Source of the DNA: Perna viridis
Lineage: Eukaryota
NCBI GenBank assembly: GCA_037379345.1
Contig: CM074515.1
Location: 8,742,001 to 8,806,000, forward strand
Direction of reading: 5' to 3'
DNA length: 64,000 bases
The notes under the pieces are model-generated. The model was not told the DNA's origin. It saw only the letters and a list, made by a program, of their open reading frames with translations, and made no database searches. Both the position numbers and the translations under genes were made by a program. The first letter of the stretch is position 1, and every line of letters begins with the position of its first letter. Positions 60,901 to 64,000 of the stretch are shown here, piece after piece.

Positions 60901-62360
60901 GCTCTGCAATATCAGGGGCACAGTCAAAACCATTTATTGAAACACATATAAATGGTGCACCTCCAGTTATTAAAAAAACTACTGCAAAACCTCCACTTCA
61001 TAAATCCAACAGTGTAGATTATTATAGAAATGAGTATGTAGCAATGGATTCATGTGAAGAGGATACTAGTGATGATGTGTTTGTTGATCAAAATACTGGA
61101 AAAACCCGGTCAAAGTCTGACATCACTGTTTCTGTAATGTGTAGGCCAAAAGACTCTATAGAATTTCAGAATATGCCTCTGTCCTTTATCTCTGAATTCA
61201 GTAGTAGGTCATCACTTGATGATTCTGCTTTAGAAATGGCATCATCTCGTCATGAGGACTTCATGTCTGAGGAAGAGAGTGAGGTAGAGATTTCTAAATC
61301 TCAACAGAGTTCAAAGCTTAAAAATTTACGACAAATGTTTGAAAGTGATACTGCTACAAATAGAAGCTCACAAGTTTCAAATTCAAGTTTACATTTTCAC
61401 CATGAAAATAATGAAAGGGTGAAACAAACAAGATTAAGATTTGCCAATCAGAGGTCATATTCTCAGACAGAGCAATACTCAAGTGAACTCTCTGATGATT
61501 TCAGGCGATCTGGCAGTAATGTTTATTCTAGTCATGTGTCTGGACAACTCTGGCAAATGCCAGGAAGTCGGCGAAGTATTTCTACAGATCTTGGATATGA
61601 ATTCAGACCTAAGAAAATTGAAAAAGTGACAATTGGGATAACAAACTTTGGGAAACCCCCCAAGCATCGAGGAAGTTCTCGGGGAAGAGCTGCTAGTGAA
61701 TCTTCAATGTCAGAATCTGAAATGACAATAAGATTTAGTACTTCAAGAACCTCTCCGAAAGCAGTTCTTGAAGGTTCACCAAAAACAGTAAGGACATCTC
61801 CAAAAGTTTTACGTGCTGACGAGAATTCAAGGGGTAGTAGATCCCCACAAAACCAAAGAAATGTAGATTTGTCTCTTCGATTTGTGCGACAGAAGCCGGG
61901 AGCAGGTTCTCCCAAAAATGTTAGACATGTAAGTTTTAGTGAAAGTAGTGAAACAACACAAATGTCTGTTACCTCTCCATTAAGTACTCAGAGTGAAACA
62001 GTCATTACTAGTGAAACAACACAAAACAGGATGAGTCAATCCTTAAATCTACCCAATGGCAATGAAAAATCCAGGAAAGTTGAAAGGAGGGGAAGCATCA
62101 AGGAGTTAATGCAATTTTTCGAAGAAAAAACAAGTAAAAGAGAGGAAAAGATGCAAGAGGAAGTTTCTGCTTCAACACAATTGAGACACTGTCCCAGAGT
62201 AAGAAGTGAATCCCCAAACTATTGTCACACAGAATCTCGTAGAAATGAAACATTTCGACACAGTTTGGAGATACCTTCAAACAGTTCTCATTTAGAGGGC
62301 CTTGTTAGACCCAATCCTGTACGAATTGGTCCAAAACCATTTTATGGTGCTAAGCAATGA
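30849..62360 (+). CDS. ARHGAP32: Rho GTPase-activating protein of the ARHGAP32/33 (PX-RICS/TCGAP/CdGAPr) family; join(30849..30940,34021..34114,37169..37260,41678..41762,44729..44956,45309..45401,45883..46005,46663..46740,47362..47455,49957..50106,50521..50623,51328..51472,51903..51979,52303..52410,52831..52973,53404..53596,53905..54023,54909..55082,55344..55481,56815..62360), ~2624 aa
   Basis: All introns are GT-AG and phases match throughout (7875 nt, divisible by 3). Family motifs: RFPKLHECAHFHYD, WNVRRTYRNFRLLDRQLHKCIFDRKFSQLP (PX), AAAHAVKRYTAQAVDEISLEVGDIVSVIDMP...WWRGKRGFEVGFFPSECVE (SH3), ERVFGCDLGEHL, GIYRLSG (arginine finger), NLAIVWAPNLLRS, RPKSL...KLITLEEA. The 5' end is uncertain, and an invertebrate gene cannot be assigned to ARHGAP32 versus 33. 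Confidence 0.88.
31082..31107. repeat. (AT)n microsatellite
   Basis: Direct read. Confidence 0.9.
33209..33465 (+). mobile_element. Short interspersed element with closed hairpin (probable Penelope-derived 3' region)
   Basis: CpG-containing island with a perfect 13-bp inverted repeat atgagcaactcgg and ccgagttgctcat. Confidence 0.55.
33515..33692. repeat. 87-bp tandem duplication
   Basis: gaattatactattggaaag...gatctcata twice with few mismatches. Confidence 0.92.
34021..34114 (+). CDS. RhoGAP gene exon (NVKLDEEDEPYRKSSTTTIRSEGTGTVYYNK)
   Basis: Acceptor ctgtttacag, donor AAG|GTATAA; only one open frame (phase 2 in, phase 0 out). Confidence 0.7.
34119..34560. repeat. 51-bp minisatellite directly after an exon donor
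   Basis: Unit gagctgggaggatccactgtgcatcctcactcaacaattgttataaatcat, ~7-8 copies. Confidence 0.92.
34657..35230 (+). mobile_element. Helentron-type non-autonomous element with ~175-bp internal tandem repeats
   Basis: tttttatacccccactc start, gtctgtccgtcc microsatellite seed, three internal repeats, inverted gagtgggggtat near the end. Confidence 0.7.
37169..37260 (+). CDS. RhoGAP gene exon (HGGILQLYDSSDNSSLESQRSSMMKIRRVS-S)
   Basis: Acceptor tctctattgcag, donor CAG|GTTGGT; phase 0 in, phase 2 out, exactly bridging the flanking exons. Confidence 0.7.
37326..38399 (-). mobile_element. Internally deleted BEL/Pao LTR retrotransposon (LTR-gag fragment-LTR)
   Basis: LTRs 37326-37485 and 38247-38399; flanks GACCC/GACCT (5-bp TSD, 1 mismatch); tRNA-His-type PBS at 38226-38245; gag motif KLPKLNLPKFGGDILEWQSFWD (DUF1759-like) with stops and frameshifts. 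Confidence 0.9.
41459..41505 (+). CDS. Candidate internal alternative first exon (MNWENKIAIMFLTWY-S)
   Basis: Two in-frame ATGs, donor CAG|GTATTT, phase 2 matching the acceptor at 41678. Confidence 0.3.
41678..41762 (+). CDS. ARHGAP32: Exon, pre-PX conserved segment (SFEGPSRFPKLHECAHFHYDFVELGKIK)
   Basis: Family motif FPKLxECAHFHY; acceptor atttcag, donor AAG|GTACGT. Confidence 0.92.
41825..42032. mobile_element. MITE with TACTGT...GCAGTA ends
   Basis: Imperfect inverted termini tactgtaaac and gtttgcagta. Confidence 0.4.
42683..43792. mobile_element. Degenerate DNA transposon whose right TIR is amplified as a 40-bp tandem array
   Basis: Left end ccctcatcacatgaggccacaatcagactacactctc matches the reverse complement of the repeat unit. 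Confidence 0.55.
43510..43792. repeat. 40-bp minisatellite, 7 copies
   Basis: Unit ttttgagagtagtgtgatagtggcctagtgtgacaggggc. Confidence 0.95.
44729..44956 (+). CDS. ARHGAP32: Exon, PX domain
   Basis: VCLCDEE...FLVKVLSNNKSWNVRRTYRNFRLLDRQLHKCIFDRKFSQLPDL; tatag acceptor, GAG|GTCAGT donor. Confidence 0.93.
45309..45401 (+). CDS. ARHGAP32: Exon, PX domain C-terminal part (EMESELSSYLQRFTNIANSMLNCGTILNWFE)
   Basis: Family motif YLxR...NCGxxLxWxE; GAG|GTAAGA donor. Confidence 0.9.
45883..46005 (+). CDS. ARHGAP32: Exon, SH3 start (LDNRGNRLLAIDDSGINTPAIAAAHAVKRYTAQAVDEISLE)
   Basis: Conserved family sequence, GT-AG, phase 0/0. Confidence 0.93.
46342..46685 (+). repeat. 49-bp tandem array of an intron/exon acceptor junction, 7 copies
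   Basis: Unit gacagaatgacattgtattattgtag|gttggagatataatgtctgtgat; the last copy runs into the real SH3 exon. Confidence 0.97.
46663..46740 (+). CDS. ARHGAP32: Exon, SH3 core (VGDIVSVIDMPAAEDTMWWRGKRGFE)
   Basis: SH3 WWRG motif; only the last of seven tandem acceptors gives an open frame. Confidence 0.92.
47362..47455 (+). CDS. ARHGAP32: Exon, SH3 end and linker (VGFFPSECVEIIGDKVPSSVENRIPLNSRRP)
   Basis: VGFFP motif; donor GTATGC at 47456, with an alternative in-phase GT at 47444. Confidence 0.85.
48090..49045 (+). mobile_element. Helentron-type non-autonomous element with ~175-bp internal repeats
   Basis: ttttcatacgcccatc start and gatggatgtatc near the end; repeated cactctaactgaaaa...ccacaaaactttgagatat block; internal ~56-bp duplication at 48191-48295. 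Confidence 0.65.
49364..49489. repeat. 62-bp tandem duplication
   Basis: gatatacctgtgtgactaactac...aatcagtgtg twice. Confidence 0.92.
49957..50106 (+). CDS. ARHGAP32: Exon, polybasic region and RhoGAP start (VRKHGKFLSFLRMFFTTRPARNQLKQTGIVKERVFGCDLGEHLLNTEND)
   Basis: Family motifs KHGK and ERVFGCDLGEHL; GT-AG. Confidence 0.95.
50521..50623 (+). CDS. ARHGAP32: Exon, RhoGAP domain with arginine finger (VPLVLKCCSEVIEQHGIVDGIYRLSGITSNIQKL)
   Basis: GIYRLSG catalytic motif intact. Confidence 0.96.
51328..51472 (+). CDS. ARHGAP32: Exon, RhoGAP domain (LAFDEDRIPDL...[30 protein letters not shown])
   Basis: Canonical LKxYFRELPxPL motif; GCA|GTAAGT donor. Confidence 0.96.
51903..51979 (+). CDS. ARHGAP32: Exon, RhoGAP domain (DAVRDEDNKLFKIHDVVQQLPPPHY)
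   Basis: IHDVxQQLPPPHYR family motif. Confidence 0.95.
52303..52410 (+). CDS. ARHGAP32: Exon, RhoGAP domain (TLEYLMKHLAKVSTNGNETGMHSKNLAIVWAPNLL)
   Basis: MxxKNLAIVWAPNLL motif. Confidence 0.96.
52731..52918 (+). repeat. 95-bp tandem duplication of an acceptor plus exon 5' part
   Basis: ttcag|gtcaaaggaattagagag...tctcattgtttat twice, with 2 substitutions. Confidence 0.97.
52831..52973 (+). CDS. ARHGAP32: Exon, RhoGAP C-terminal helix (SKELESGGGAAALQGVGIQAVVTECLIVYADLIFSDKMPSYNSPEFT)
   Basis: Second copy of a 95-bp duplication; the only acceptor in frame with the donor at 52974 (GTAAGT). Confidence 0.88.
53404..53596 (+). CDS. ARHGAP32: Exon, post-GAP conserved region (RPKSLAISTPTKLITLEEARER...YINVGGGPDKLPSKYHTVIDLP)
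   Basis: Matches motifs conserved downstream of the GAP domain in this family; phases 1/2. Confidence 0.93.
53905..54023 (+). CDS. ARHGAP32: Exon (KRMPLRDN...KKSPGSWRSIFTRG...)
   Basis: KKSPxxWRSxF family motif; GAG|GTAATG donor. Confidence 0.9.
54909..55082 (+). CDS. ARHGAP32: Exon (EHLMDME...RIRVAKSAESL...)
   Basis: AKSxESL family motif; strong pyrimidine tract; CAG|GTATGA donor. Confidence 0.88.
55344..55481 (+). CDS. Exon (EEMSPRTKHKRSASTESP...VEMTD)
   Basis: tttttttcag acceptor, GTTAGT donor, phase 1/1 open frame. Confidence 0.82.
55972..56580. mobile_element. Probable young insertion, unclassified
   Basis: CpG-rich block in an otherwise CpG-poor intron; weak inverted ends tactctgc and gcagactgta. 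Confidence 0.35.
56815..62360 (+). CDS. Giant terminal coding exon (5546 nt), Ser/Pro/Glu-rich disordered tail
   Basis: The 1840-aa ORF extends upstream in frame to the acceptor tttcattgcag ending at 56814; phase 1 matches the previous exon. Confidence 0.93.
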
Positions 62361-63447
62361 TGTTATCTATTCATTAGAAACCATTGTTATTAATATTATA
62401 TTCCATTTCTGGCACATTGTTAATGTAGCATCTCACCACTAGTCATTTATTTGACTTTTATGCAACTTTTGAATTCCATACCTTTTTATATTTAAACAAA
62501 ATACGGGCATTTATTTTATTCTCTTGTAGCATTTTAGGTTCCTGTTATTTTAATTTCATTTACCGTAAATTCATTAATGACGTTTAGCCAAAGCTTATTA
62601 ATTCTTCATTGGAAAAATGATATAAAATTGTTCCCTTTTTTATGATGTTTTTTTCCAAAGATCTATGGTCCAAATACACTGAAAAAACTTTATTTTTTAT
62701 TTAATTCATAAACTTTAGTGCTTTAACTGTCATTACTTTTTATGTACTTTTTTGTTATTGTTATTTTGTAAATGTGTGTTATGGTAATTTTCTAGTCAAT
62801 CAGGTGATCATGTTAATTTCATTCATGTTGTGCCATTATGTATTAGAGCCAACTGTCAAAACTAAAAGCAGTTAAAAAAGAAAATAAGTGAATATTGAAC
62901 TGGTATTTGTGATGCTACTGATTGTTTATTTTATAATATATACATGTACATGCAGTTATCAGATTTGTATTTTTTACTTGCCACTTCAATTTCTAAAGAT
63001 TAAGAAAAGATAGTAAGCTTTTATTCAATCTTGGTCATTTCTTAATTTGCTTACAGTACTCCATAAATTTGAATGTCTGTGATATGAAATATCTTTCCAT
63101 TTGAAGTAAAGACAAACATATTAACAAAGATATGATCCACTGTGTAGATGGCTGGAACGAAGCTATTGTTGGTCTACGAAAACGAAAATAAAACCAGTTT
63201 TTCCAATAATGAAATACATGTATTAGAACAAATGTACCCCTGTTGGAAACAAACTTCCATGACAATCTCAACAACTTTCTGGAGATGTAGACAAAGTATT
63301 ACATAATTTATGTTAATTAAGAAATTAATGCATGTGTTTTTTATTGTAATTTTGGTACTTAATGTGATTTGATTTTCATATTTGTCACAAAATGTAATTT
63401 TCACAATATGGCCAAAACATGGAACACATTTCTGTCACATTCTTTGC

Positions 63448-63783
63448 AATAAAATACCACAATAATTTCTGAATTAATTGTAAATTTATTTTAAAATCAA
63501 AATTTTTACCTACTTATTTGTAGGCTTGACCTTCTTGTGGCAATTACTTACAAAAAAAAACCAAAACTTTTTTAATCCATTGATTACACAAAAAAGGGAA
63601 AAATTTGTAAATCTGAAGCATCCTATTTTTTTAAATTCTTTTTTGTCTGATAGTGTATTTTATGAATAGGTCAGTGTATGTTACTTAATGTTTTTAAAAG
63701 TGATAACAATTTTGCTGTGCAATATAATGTTTAGTAAGTTATGTGTAAATAAGCAGTCACTGTGTAGATTACATTACATTAAA
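63448..63783 (+). terminator. Candidate polyadenylation signals (AATAAA 63448-63453; ATTAAA 63778-63783)
   Basis: Hexamers in the AT-rich region 1.1-1.4 kb after the stop codon; not unique. Confidence 0.3.
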
Positions 63784-64000
63784 TACATTTATTGATGAAA
63801 TTCCTAAAATGTGAAATTGTGATACTTCGTCAATTATTGTCTTTAGAGATAATCCAGTCAATTGGTAGCAATAATATGGTCAACATATTGTAAATATAAT
63901 AGGCAAAATGTCACGTCTGACATTTTCCTTCAAATTTTAAAACCAGATGTTTTCTTGTTACAAAACAATTTTGATGCAATAGGTTTCTTTTACATGCTGA

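Noticed and set aside
57805-62280. Short overlapping ORFs in other frames or antisense to the giant exon
   Set aside because: Shadow ORFs of a long coding exon
56838-62360. 1840-aa ORF as a stand-alone intronless gene
   Set aside because: The frame continues upstream to a strong acceptor in the correct phase, so it is the last exon of the RhoGAP gene

Overview
Eukaryotic, AT-rich genomic DNA. The repeat repertoire suggests a bivalve mollusc (inference). The window is dominated by one large + strand multi-exon gene encoding an ARHGAP32/ARHGAP33 (PX-RICS/TCGAP; Drosophila CdGAPr)-type Rho GTPase-activating protein with atypical PX, SH3 and RhoGAP domains and a very long disordered tail. By hand I joined 20 GT-AG, phase-consistent coding exons from 30849 to 62360 (7875 nt, 2624 aa), the last being a 5.5-kb coding exon. 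The likely promoter lies near 6.0-6.2 kb, where CpG density drops, and several candidate alternative ATG-bearing first exons occur in the long 5' region. Introns carry MITEs, Helentron-type elements, SINE-like copies, a miniature BEL/Pao LTR element and minisatellites; a Penelope-like RT remnant and a LINE fragment lie upstream of the gene. The most unusual signal is repeated tandem duplication of the gene's own splice junctions. The clearest cases are six decoy 3' splice sites stacked at 49-bp intervals before an SH3 exon and a 95-bp duplicated acceptor in the last RhoGAP exon; every decoy leads to a premature stop.
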